DNA of 53,211 nt. Origin: Octopus bimaculoides (Eukaryota). The notes under the pieces are model-generated. The model saw only the letters and a list, made by a program, of their open reading frames with translations. It did no database searches and had not been told where the DNA came from. Within the stretch, counting starts at the first letter, position 1; every line of letters starts with the position of its first letter. The position numbers were made by a program, and so were the translations under genes. Shown one piece after another: positions 24,822 through 36,905 of the stretch. Location of the stretch: contig NC_068984.1 in assembly GCF_001194135.2 (NCBI RefSeq), forward strand, positions 50,710,846-50,764,056, read 5' to 3'.

Positions 24822-24950
24822 GTGACGATTCACACACAAAGTACAAATACACACATACGCACGCATGGATTTGCATACACACACACGCATATACACACAT
24901 ACACACATATATTCTCACGTACATAAGTTCACGCATACACATCCATACCG

Positions 24951-24987
<37 letters not shown>

Positions 24988-25071
24988 CGTTCACATATAC
25001 ATACACACACAAAGATATATAAACCACACACTCACATATCAATATATACATCGCATTAACTCTCATACGCA

Positions 25072-25105
<34 letters not shown>

Positions 25106-25262
25106 TAAACGCGCATAAACACAAAACGAACGACAACAATCGCAAACAAACTTTAAAATATTTGATTCTTATGAACACTCAAACGCCCACACACAAATAC
25201 ATCGCGCGTGCGCATCCACACCCCCACCCCCAACACACACGTGTATGTATATGTGAACGCTC

Positions 25263-25295
<33 letters not shown>

Positions 25296-25431
25296 TGTGT
25301 ATCGGTATGGATGTGTATGCGTGAACTTATGTACGTGAGAATATATGTGTGTATGTATGTATATGCGTGTGTGTGTATGCAAATCCATGCGTGCGTATGT
25401 GTGTATTTGTACTTTGTGTGTGAATCGTCAC
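24822..25431. repeat. Long near-perfect inverted repeat (arms 24822-25006 and 25241-25431, 234-bp spacer)
   Basis: gtgacgattcacacacaaagtacaaatac...gcgttcacatatacatacac is the reverse complement of gtgtatgtatatgtgaacgc...gtatttgtactttgtgtgtgaatcgtcac. Confidence 0.95.
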
Positions 25432-25536
25432 AGCATGTAAAACCAAGAAGGTACATACAAAGACAGGTTAATGTAAACACTCACAAAGTACGTATAAACA
25501 CTGACATAATATTATATAAACTCACACACTCACTCA

Positions 25537-25583
<47 letters not shown>

Positions 25584-26697
25584 GCGCTCGCAAATGCACC
25601 CATATACACAAAAGAGAATAACAAACACGATTTCACTAATAAACAGTCCTATGTATGTGTACACATACTTATAAACAAACTGCCTGCACAAAACTACTAA
25701 AGCCCTCATGAAACACACCTAAAAATTGTACGTTTATACAGGCGCATATATACACCTATATACGTACACACGTGTGTAATCCACTCAGAGGAATGTAGTT
25801 GAATAAGTAAAATAACGTCATATACAAGTTTGTGAGGCTACAATGAAACTGTAGAGAATGCATGTGTCCTATCTATGTATGATGTGCGAGTTTGTACACA
25901 CATATATGCAAATTTACGTAGCACATTTATACACACACATACGCACACACACACAGATATATATAAACACGTGCAAACATAAATGCATGCACACGCTCAT
26001 CGTCGTTACTGGAGGAGGAGGAGGAGGAGGAGGAGGAGGAGGAGGAAATAAATTAGTTTTCCAATATGCATAACAGTGCATGTGCTGGCAACGTGAATGA
26101 ATTAATCGAAGTACTACAAGTAAATTGAGATAAGTAGAGAAAATGTACGGCTAACTAACATGCATATATTAGTAAGCAAGCATTTAGAGTTTTGGGTGAA
26201 AAGATAGACACCGGAGTTAAACTAATATTTATGTTTTCTCTCTACGGCGAGATAAAATGAAACCGAAATAGCCAATTTCGAGTTCCTGACTCACATTTCC
26301 ACCTATTTTGAACGCCCTGTAATAATTTTTATTAATTCACGTTTCCAAAGCTTGTTCAGTTATGTAAATTAATTTTGTTCTGTGCAAGTATGCACATAGT
26401 ATAAAGAATTATAAGTTATTGTTGTTTTCGTGGCCAGAAAGGAATAACAAAGCTTTTAATGAAATTTGAACTCGTTGATCTTTCTTTCCTGGACACAAAG
26501 CGGAAATTTGAATTTCAAATACTGAAGCCTTTATTAAATCAATAGAATAGATATCTCGCAATGTGTTGTCCAAATAAGTGATATTCTCCTATTAGTCATT
26601 GTTCTACGAGAGGCATTTGAAGATGGCAGGCAATACAACAGCCGAAGTGTTGTGATTATAATAACGAAGATGAAGACATTAGTCAGAATATGTCCGT

Positions 26698-27200
26698 GCA
26701 TAATAACGATTTCAAATTTTCGCCACAAGGGTAGCTTGGGAAAAGGGATTAAATCGATTACATCGACCCACACACAGTGTTCAACTGACACTTATTTTAT
26801 CGACCTCAAAAGGATGAAAAGCAAAGTCAACCTCGGCGGAATTTGAACTCAGAACGTAGCGACTGACGAAATACCGCTAAGCATCCCGTCCAGCATGCTA
26901 ACGATTCTGCCAGCTCGCCGCCTTCGTGTCAGCGCATAATAATGACAATTCTTTGTGTCAGGAATTAAGACAAAATTTAGAAATATAGGCATTAAGTACT
27001 CTAACTTCTTTAATGGTAAAACCAATGTGAAGTACGAAATCACAACATTTATGGGCGGAAAATTGCGGATTAGAAGTACCCTATAATTTGACTGGTACTT
27101 ATTTTATTAGTTCATGAAGGATGACAAGCAAAGTTAACTTGGTCGTGATTTGATCCCAGAAGCTAAAGGAATGCAAGTTAGTGCTACAATCTTTGTTTCA
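26698..27200 (-). mobile_element. SINE M well-preserved copy (26698-26924) followed by a degraded second copy (26934-27200)
   Basis: Contains aaaggatgaaaagcaaagtcaacctcggcggaatttgaactcagaacgtagcg...gattctgccagctcgccgcc. Confidence 0.88.
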
Positions 27201-28697
27201 TGCTCTACAAGTTCAAATTCGCCTCCCCACTTCCATCGTCTTTGAGCAATTTAATGGTTACTAGTACTTCACCGACGGCTTAAGCGTTGACTTGTTGAAT
27301 TATTGTTTATCCTGCATATCTTTCTGAAGGACACTAACGATTATGTGATGTGAATATTCATATTTTGTCGGTATCATAAATAACTTCCTTAACCCGACGT
27401 TAAATCAAGTAGATTATATATAATCCGTTAATTCTGATTTATATATTAATAATTTCGAAAGTGTAGGACTTCAAGAACACCATAGTTGATTCTGATATCA
27501 ATAAATCATTGCATTATACTTTTTTATTATATCATTTAAACTATTTCTTTGAAAAATGCTAAAATTTCAACTTTTATTTCACTCTTTTCCCGAATAATAT
27601 GCAGTCGATCAGTCCTTCTTTCGGCCAATTTATTTTTCGATCAATATGCTTTCAATGAACGTGTTTTATCGACGAATGCTTCTCGACCCAGGTATTTGGT
27701 AGATCAGTTTGTACGTATGTATATACGTACAACACTAAAATGCAAAGTATTAAATATAAAATGAATTAATAAAAAACATAAAATAAACGGATTTGTTTGT
27801 GTCTATTCCTAGGTTAGCCCTGATCAAGAAGGCCTATGGTCAAAGGCTTTCTTGCCTTTCATCATAGTGTATCAAGGAGTACATTTTTAACGCTCCTTTC
27901 CTTTTATAAAGACGCCAGATCGGATGTGAAAAAATTTGTTACTGTTTTTTAGCAAATCGAACGAGTGATCAGAAGTTTCCACCTTGTTCCATTAGAGAAA
28001 TGAAATGCGTCACTGTAGCATAAGGCCAGGAAATATTAGCCAAGAGATTTTGCGTAACATAAGGCCAGGAGAATAAAGGAAAATAAAGATATATAGACAC
28101 AGAAAATTCAACTTTGAAAGAGAGTTCTCCGACATGTAATTTAATTGTGATTACTAATACAAATAAATTACTTAAAGCCNNNNNNNNNNNNNNNNNNNNN
28201 NNNNNNNNNNNNNNNNNNNNNNNNNNNNNNNNNNNNNNNNNNNNNNNNNNNNNNNNNNNNNNNNNNNNNNNNNNNNNNNNNNNNNNNNNNNNNNNNNNNN
28301 NNNNNNNNNNNNNNNNNNNNNNNNNNNNNNNNNNNNNNNNNNNNNNNNNNNNNNNNNNNNNNNNNNNNNNNNNNNNNNNNNNNNNNNNNNNNNNNNNNNN
28401 NNNNNNNNNNNNNNNNNNNNNNNNNNNNNNNNNNNNNNNNNNNNNNNNNNNNNNNNNNNNNNNNNNNNNNNNNNNNNNNNNNNNNNNNNNNNNNNNNNNN
28501 NNNNNNNNNNNNNNNNNNNNNNNNNNNNNNNNNNNNNNNNNNNNNNNNNNNNNNNNNNNNNNNNNNNNNNNNNNNNNNNNNNNNNNNNNNNNNNNNNNNN
28601 NNNNNNNNNNNNNNNNNNNNNNNNNNNNNNNNNNNNNNNNNNNNNNNNNNNNNNNNNNNNNNNNNNNNNNNNNNNNNNNNNNNNNNNNNNNNNNNNN

Positions 28698-28760
<63 letters not shown>

Positions 28761-29281
28761 GTATAAATATATGTGTGGGTGTTACTGATTAAAGTAGGAA
28801 CAGGATCTCCAAAGATAGGTCAGAAAGTGAAGCAAACGAAATGTATGATAGAGCAAAGATACTGAGAAAAACTAACGAGGTTACCTAATTAGTACGGATG
28901 AATTTTTTTTTTCATTTACCAGAAATTCAGAAATTAACAACTGTTGTTGATTTACTTCTGAACTAATTAATTTAGTTAGCATCCCACAATACGGATGCAT
29001 AAAGATTTTTCTGGAGATCTGTGTGGTTCGCCTATGAGAAAAATAACACAAAATATCGAGAAAGCTCTTCACCCACTGGAAAGAGCTGCCGTGCCTTAAA
29101 TCACTCACTATCGTCTTAGTTATAACACTAATAAGAAAACTCACACGCCGTTGGTTAACTGTGCCTAGGAAAACAGACGAGTTAGTCAAGGCTGGAACGC
29201 TGACCTGGGACTAAGCAAAAAACCTACAACAATGACCTCAATACTTTAAGAAGTAAGCGTGCTCTGCATCTGAGACAGACA

Positions 29282-29362
<81 letters not shown>

Positions 29363-29987
29363 ACGTACACAAGATACCGAAATTGCTGAAACAAGTCTAT
29401 GTAAACATATGGTCCCGTTATATACATGAAAACAATGCAAATTGTAGTACATGTAAATACACCCACCCATACGTATACACATACATTTTAGACATAAACA
29501 TATGCATATCATATTATAGACACACAGCTCTAAGCAGGCACAACTCCATTTTGTATTGAAAGCCATCAGGTACATGTCAACATATACCAATATATTACGT
29601 GTGTGTAACGTAGATATGTGTCTACGTGTGGGCATACATATTCACATACACACATACACATACATGATGCATGCGTGTGTTTCTTTTCATCTATATAGAT
29701 TTATATAATAAACACGCGTATGTGTAGTATGTATGTGTTGCATTTTCGATAGGGTGGCAAAATAGGTGAAACACTCGGCCAGTATTTTCTTATATGTAGC
29801 TTTACATTTTGAGTTCAAATCTTGACAAGAGCAATTTCGAGTTTCATTCTTTCGAGTGTCAATAAAAGGACGACCAGTTCTGGCAGCGATATAATCACCT
29901 AAATACATATTTCCCAATATTCATGATTCTATTAATTTTCTCTGCAGTTTTCGGCCATTTGTATGACATCCATTATATATAATACAA

Positions 29988-30506
29988 GTTGTTTTTGGCA
30001 CTCCGTCGCTTACGACGTCGAGGGTTCCAGTTGATCCGATCAACGGAACAGCATGCTCGTGAAATTAACGTGCAAGTGGCTGAGAACTCCACAGACACGT
30101 GTACCCTTAACATAGTTCTCGGGGATATTCAGCGTGACACAGTGTGATAAGGCTGACCCTTTGAATTACAGGCACAACAGAAAACAGGAAGTAAGAGTGA
30201 GAGAAAGTTGTGGTGAAAGAGTAAAGCAGGGTTCGCCACCATCCCNNNNNNNNNNGGATATTCAGCGTGACACAGTGTGATAAGGCTGACCCTTTGAATT
30301 ACAGGCACAACAGAAAACAGGAAGTAAGAGTGAGAGAAAGTTGTGGTGAAAGAGTAAAGCAGGGTTCGCCACCATCCCCTGCCGGAGCCTCGTGGAGCTT
30401 TAGGTGTTTTCGCTCAATAAACACTCACAACGCCTGGTCTGGGAATCGAAACCGCAATCCTATAACCGCGAGTCCGCTGCCCTAACCACTGGGCCATTGC
30501 GCCTCC
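29988..30506 (-). mobile_element. SINE family C, full length, with a 123-bp segment duplicated across a 10-N gap
   Basis: Head ends at 30506, tail ...gacgtcgtaagcgacggagtgccaaaaacaac. 30123-30245 is identical to 30256-30378. Confidence 0.93.
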
Positions 30507-30839
30507 ACAATACAACAAGTATGTGTAAGCAAATCACGTATTATGACTATGAACCACTAAGTTGAGGCGTTCGTCTATCATTAAATGGTCCTAAGTGTTC
30601 GCCCTACTAGAACAACGTTGTCTATGGTTGAAAAGTCCGATACGCAGATGACAGTCTCTGTCATGCAAGCTTCACTTGGCTGTTTCAGTGCCGTTTGAAT
30701 AGCAGTATTCTTTTCTGCGGATTCATGACCGGCTCTACCTCTCTAATATAGGATTTTTAATAGGACTCATACCTGAACAGTATGGAATGAAGGACAGGTT
30801 GTTGACTATGCAACGTCTCTCCACTCTCTACATCATTGA

Positions 30840-31100
30840 TGGATCCAAAGGAGCAGCACAGCCATTACAATTTGGCACCAACATCGACATAGGGGTTCCC
30901 AAAACGAGGTTGTAGACAACGTCAAACTATTTGGCGGGCACCGACTCCCGATTTTTAATGTTTTTTTTTATCAGGGTTTACTTCCGAAAGCATAGTCATG
31001 GCTTGGTTTGTTTTTAAGGCAGCGACGATTTGGAATCAGGGTTTTCCTTCCCTTAGATGGGTAGACTCGTCTCCCACTCGGCTAACAAACTTCATCTACC
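30840..31100 (-). mobile_element. Probable RTE-clade LINE 5' region remnant
   Basis: Revcomp contains ccatctaagggaaggaaaaccctgattccaaatc, resembling the ctaggagaaggaaaactctgattccaaacc block recalled from RTE 5' regions. Confidence 0.45.
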
Positions 31101-31387
31101 CGACTGATTTGCTAATTAACCTGTAACTGGAACCCTTACAGGTGCTACTACTCCGGGTCAGAGTATGGTTGGGAAAAATAGGGACTAAGAAGTGGTTCTA
31201 CTCTCCTCAAAACTCTGGAACTTTCGAAACAGGGCCTCACTCCCGGATGGAGTTTAAAGTCATACCCTGGACACCACTGATGACTCAGAACAAGGGCAAT
31301 ATACGGCCGGAGTTGTCTCCTGTTCTTACAGGAAATTTTAATTATTCATTTAAAATACACACACGCGCACGCACACACACACACACG

Positions 31388-31432
<45 letters not shown>

Positions 31433-32072
31433 NNNNNNNNNNNNNNNNNNNNNNNNNNNNNNNNNNNNNNNNNNNNNNNNNNNNNNNNNNNNNNNNNNNN
31501 NNNNNNNNNNNNNNNNNNNNNNNNNNNNNNNNNNNNNNNNNNNNNNNNNNNNNNNNNNNNNNNNNNNNNNNNNNNNNNNNNNNNNNNNNNNNNNNNNNNN
31601 NNNNNNNNNNNNNNNNNNNNNNNNNNNNNNNNNNNNNNNNNNNNNNNNNNNNNNNNNNNNNNNNNNNNNNNNNNNNNNNNNNNNNNNNNNNNNNNNNNNN
31701 NNNNNNNNNNNNNNNNNNNNNNNNNNNNNNNNNNNNNNNNNNNNNNNNNNNNNNNNNNNNNNNNNNNNNNNNNNNNNNNNNNNNNNNNNNNNNNNNNNNN
31801 NNNNNNNNNNNNNNNNNNNNNNNNNNNNNNNNNNNNNNNNNNNNNNNNNNNNNNNNNNNNNNNNNNNNNNNNNNNNNNNNNNNNNNNNNNNNNNNNNNNN
31901 NNNNNNNNNNNNNNNNNNNNNNNNNNNNNNNNNNNNNNNNNNNNNNNNNNNNNNNNNNNNNNNNNNNNNNNNNNNNNNNNNNNNNNNNNNNNNNNNNNNN
32001 NNNNNNNNNNNNNNNNNNNNNNNNNNNNNNNNNNNNNNNNNNNNNNNNNNNNNNNNNNNNNNNNNNNNNNNN

Positions 32073-32118
<46 letters not shown>

Positions 32119-32826
32119 TTCTCTCTCTCTCTCGCTTAATCTCAAATACCTTTCTCTCTAACACAGATACACATATACCTTAAAACACATACGTATATAC
32201 AAATACATGTGCATACACACACACATACATACATACATACATACATACATACATCTCATTTCTTTCTCTTTTAAGCACGCTTTCTCATACCTCCGCCACT
32301 CACAACGCACTTACATACATACCGCTTTTACACATAAAGACATAAATATATATGTGTAACGAGTATAAAACTGTTATGTTTATACTTCCTAATAAGTTGG
32401 TGCGTGTTTAAGCGTGCGTGCGCCTGTTTGTGTTTATGTGCGTATACATGCATATGTTTATTACCGTGTGGCCATGTGTTTTGTTTCTGAATCGTCATTC
32501 GTATATCACAGTTGATATGTTCTTGTTATGCGCTAATGGAATATAACATGGAAGAGTATTATCAATTACATCTCTGCATTACAGATATCTTTGCCAGTGA
32601 ACTGATATCATAAACCTGTTAACCTGAAAATTATATGTATTTTTGTCACACACACACACAAACACACTCTCTCTCTCTCTTTTTCTTCCTCTCTCTCTTT
32701 CTCTCTCTCTCTGTCTCTTTCACACACACATTACACCCGTATTCACTTTCATATACACACGCAAACATAGAATGTGTATAAACATATACATAGATATATG
32801 TACATATGCATATCTGTATATATAAA

Positions 32827-32897
<71 letters not shown>

Positions 32898-32935
32898 TGC
32901 GTGTATGCATGTGTGCATGTATGCATATATAAATA

Positions 32936-32979
<44 letters not shown>

Positions 32980-33074
32980 AATATCTATATGTGTATGTAT
33001 AAACACATATAGATATATGTATGTGCACGTGTGTGTGTGTGTGTGTGTGCGTGTGCGCGTGCGTGTATAATGTT

Positions 33075-33335
33075 AATACTACACTATAAGAAACTGACCA
33101 TGAAGGAATTATGTTGCAAATTTGAGGATACAGCTAGCACAACATTCATTAACATAAATAGGAATTGTCTTGAAATAGTGACGAAACAATGGTTAGAAGC
33201 TAGTTCCAAAGCGTGCATCCTAATTCTAGAATTACCCTTAAAGAACACAAGATTAATTTTGATAGTGATCCAACTGTTAGACTAATATGGCCTTTCAAAC
33301 CAAATATAAGTAGGTTTAGTAAGATTATTATTGAT
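33075..33335 (+). mobile_element. Penelope-like element, reverse transcriptase N-terminal remnant
   Basis: RITLKEHKINFDSDPTVRLIWPFKPNISRFSKIII matches the PLE RT pattern ITLKDHKxNF..P..RLI.P.K..IG..SK.IL. Confidence 0.75.
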
Positions 33336-33419
33336 ATGCACACTTTACATACATACATGCATACATACATACATGCGTACATACATACATGCATACATAC
33401 ATACATGCATACATACATG

Positions 33420-33733
33420 CCTTTGAATGTCGTATCATATCCCTTTGGCAACATCTTTTAACCACCAAATGTCGAAGTGCATCCCTTGACCAAGTTTGCA
33501 CACATGAGGATGATAACATCGTAAGACTTGGAAGGCTGCTCTTTGAGGAACATTCCTTGTCTGATAACCTAGAATACATGCCCAAAGAAGTCGCAAGATT
33601 TTATTGCAACGCATCATCAGAGAAATTAGGCCTCTCAAAACCAGAAAGGAGAAAGCTAATTCGAAGACTACAGATCCAAGCCATCACTGGAACTGTAAAA
33701 CTTTCAACAAGTTTATCATTTAAATATATATGA
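33420..33733 (+). mobile_element. RLE-type non-LTR retrotransposon remnant (R4/Dong-like), internally deleted
   Basis: FECRIISLWQHLL...EDDNIVRLG (post-RT region) is fused to KLIRRLQIQAITGTVKL...* (C-terminal helix of RLE elements). Confidence 0.6.
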
Positions 33734-33834
33734 GCATGTCTAGACATGCGACTATATGCATGAGAATACATACATAAAACAAAACATATAAATCTGCACA
33801 CATACATACATACATACATACATACATACATACA

Positions 33835-34158
33835 TACATGATGGCCATCCACTCGTGACCGAGGAAGACCATTGCTGACCTTCAGGAACATTGTGCGCTC
33901 TAGGACTAACTTATATTTTGAATTTTCGGCTGCGTTGGTGGCTAATGAGTCCTGCTCTTGAGAAGCATACACGACTGCAAACATTGCAGACCAAGCTTTC
34001 CCAATTCACCATACGAGCCGTGCGCTTTCGCGCAGCTCGCTTAAGTTCTTCATGCTGGATACGTGCTCTCTCAAAAGTGTCGATCCCCTCCTTAACCTGC
34101 TCTCTTCATCTGTGGCGATGACAGGCATTGTTCTCCCAGTCAGTGTCTTGCATATCAC
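33835..34158 (-). mobile_element. RTE/BovB-like LINE 3' end with (TATG)n tail
   Basis: Minus strand: DWENNA..VKEGIDTFERARIQHEELKRAARK..LVCNVCSRVCFSRAGLISHQRS..* (terminal Cys/His motif of RTE), then a short 3'UTR and catgtatgtatg. Confidence 0.85.
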
Positions 34159-34164
34159 AGGTCT

Positions 34165-34475
34165 TTATATTTATATTTATGCAGATGACTGTGACTTAGT
34201 CACTCATACAGTGGATGACATGCAAATACTCATGAATTGCATTTCTGCTTCTTGCAAGGCATTTGAGCTCAGCATTAGCCTGGACAAGACTGTTGTAATG
34301 TTCCAGCCTGCACCAGGAAATCCATATGTGAAACCAACTATCTTGGTTGAAGGAACAATTCTGAAGGTAGTAGTCAAGTTTGTCTATCTGGGCAGCACAC
34401 TCAGCTGTTCTTGCTCCCTGGATGAGGAAATATCTTTCAGATTGCAGAGAGCAACTAATTCCTTCCGGTCTCTAC
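34165..34475 (+). mobile_element. RTE/BovB-like reverse transcriptase segment, inverted relative to the adjacent 3' end
   Basis: YADDCDLVTHTVDDMQILMNCISASCKAFELSISLDKTVVMFQPAPG..LKVVVKFVYLGSTLS..SLDEEISFRLQRATNSF covers RT domains 5-7. Confidence 0.92.
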
Positions 34476-34492
34476 ATGCATGCATGCATACA

Positions 34493-34525
<33 letters not shown>

Positions 34526-34948
34526 GCATACAAAAATGTCCAGTTGTTGAAATTCCNNNNNNNNNNNNNNNNNNNNNNNNNNNNNNNNNNNNNNNNNNNN
34601 NNNNNNNNNNNNNNNNNNNNNNNNNNNNNNNNNNNNNNNNNNNNNNNNNNNNNNNNNNNNNNNNNNNNNNNNNNNNNNNNNNNNNNNNNNNNNNNNNNNN
34701 NNNNNNNNNNNNNNNNNNNNNNNNNNNNNNNNNNNNNNNNNNNNNNNNNNNNNNNNNNNNNNNNNNNNNNNNNNNNNNNNNNNNNNNNNNNNNNNNNNNN
34801 NNNNNNNNNNNNNNNNNNNNNNNNNNNNNNNNNNNNNNNNNNNNNNNNNNNNNNNNNNNNNNNNNNNNNNNNNNNNNNNNNNNNNNNNNNNNNNNNNNNN
34901 NNNNNNNNNNNNNNNNNNNNNNNNNNNNNNNNNNNNNNNNNNNNNNNN

Positions 34949-35002
<54 letters not shown>

Positions 35003-35164
35003 TCCCTCTCTCTCTCTCTCTCTCTGTAATATCATTATCATCATCGTTATCATATGCTCATTTAGTTGATCAAACAAACAACTGCTCATATGTCATTCTC
35101 GATGGGAAAAGTCTATGATAGGTGTTTGTGTGTGTGCGTGCTTCAGTGTGCGCACGTTTTTGTG

Positions 35165-35310
35165 CGTGTGTGAAGGTGCGTTGCGTAGAGGTTAGGATCA
35201 GGAGATCGTTGTTTCGATTTCCAGACCGGTGGAGCGTCGTGTTCTTGAGCTGAACACTTCAACTCACGTTGCCCCGGTTCCCTCAGCCATAAATGGATAA
35301 CACTGCAACA
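35165..35310 (+). mobile_element. SINE family D, degraded
   Basis: Contains gtttcgatttccagaccgg..gtgttcttgagctgaacacttcaactcacgttgccccgg. Confidence 0.6.
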
Positions 35311-35764
35311 GGCAGATGTTCTGTTTAAGGATAATGTTGGCCTGCCCACCTAGCCAGCGGTTTGGCATCATTCGAAAGCGACAACATTGACAGGAGGTGC
35401 ATTGTGCACATCGGGATACAATAACATTCGACAGTCTGGTCAATACAATGATATATATATGTGTGTGAGTGTGTGTGTGTGTGTGAGGGATGTGGCGCCT
35501 AGGTAGGCAATGTAGGCAGTGCTTACTTTGAATAAAATAGATCGATACCAACATTTTCCTTTTATGGCAAAATATGCACCTAATTCAATAAAATTATGAA
35601 GGTTTCTCTGATTACTATGCATAAAATGCAAAATATTTGATTTTTCGGTAGATTAGGTAGGCATAATTCGCCCCTGCTTTTCAATCTCAATATTTAAGCT
35701 ACGCAAAGTACTGCTGCAGTACACGTGCTGTGTACACTCCTACAACATCATTTTCTTTCGTGCT

Positions 35765-36053
35765 ATAAAGGCGGAAGTAAATCTAGGATCTTTTCAATCT
35801 GAGTCACAGATTTTTGAAATTAATTTTTTAACTAAACAGTTTGAAACTTCGGATACTGGTTGAATGTGTCACGTAGAACACGGTTTACTCTTAACGTTTT
35901 TGACAAAATTTTGTGTTCTTTAGAAGTTATTTGGTGTTAAAGTTGTCATATTTGGGTAATTTTAACCAACCAATAACGCGTATTCAGCTGAAGAAAGTTA
36001 TTGTTGTTTGCGAAAGTAATGGAATAGCAACAACAGCCGAGTCATCGGGTCAT

Positions 36054-36119
<66 letters not shown>

Positions 36120-36432
36120 TGGGAGAAAAGTATAAAAGATAAGAAAGTTGGGTGAGAAAAACAGCAAGTTCTTTTATAGGGAATACATACGTGTGTATTT
36201 TTTTCCATTTTATCCAATGTGTCCTCTCGTTTATATAATCTTTGCGTGTGACATTGAGAGAGATGTGGCTGTTATTTTCAGCAAATCGTTGAGAGAGAGA
36301 GAGAGAGAGAATAGTAGTGGTGTGTGGACGATCTGAACGACAGCTTATATAAAATTACCAACCCCCTACCTCTGCATATTAATTAATTAAACCCTCTCGT
36401 TTTCCTTACTTCCATTCGGGGTTTTATCAGCT

Positions 36433-36518
<86 letters not shown>

Positions 36519-36905
36519 TGGACAGCAGAAACGCTGCATGAACAACTGTTGTCAACTTCATAATCCCCCTCCCTCTTTATGTATTGGTGTGTGTGTGTAT
36601 TTACGTACATATATGTATGCAGCGTCCAAAACAGATGACTCGATGACCCGGATGTTGTTGCTCTTCCATTACTTTCGCAAACAGCAGTAACTTTCTTCAG
36701 CTGAATACACGTTTAATGATTGATTAAAATTACCCAAATACGACAACTTCAACACGAAATAACTTATAAAATACAAATTTTTTTCAAAAATGTTAAGAGT
36801 AAACCGTGTTCTACGTGACACATTCAGCCGGTATCCGAAGTTTAGTTAAAAAGATTAATTTTAAAAATCTGTGACAGATTGAAAAGATCCTAAATCTGCC
36901 TTCTA
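35765..36905. mobile_element. Non-autonomous foldback/MITE-like element with ~260-bp imperfect TIRs and a microsatellite-filled centre
   Basis: 35775-36035 (ctaggatcttttcaatctg..cttcggatactggttgaatgtgtcacgtagaacacggtttactcttaac..ttcagctgaagaaagtta..tttgcgaaagtaatggaa) is the inverted complement of 36650-36900. Confidence 0.85.

Noticed and set aside
31120-31280. Segment that looks like another interspersed repeat
   Set aside because: Only one copy in the window and no structural hallmark, so it cannot be supported from this sequence.
34052-35029. 325-aa ORF as a host gene or active reverse transcriptase
   Set aside because: Only ~100 codons are RTE RT. The rest is antisense RTE, microsatellite and gap.
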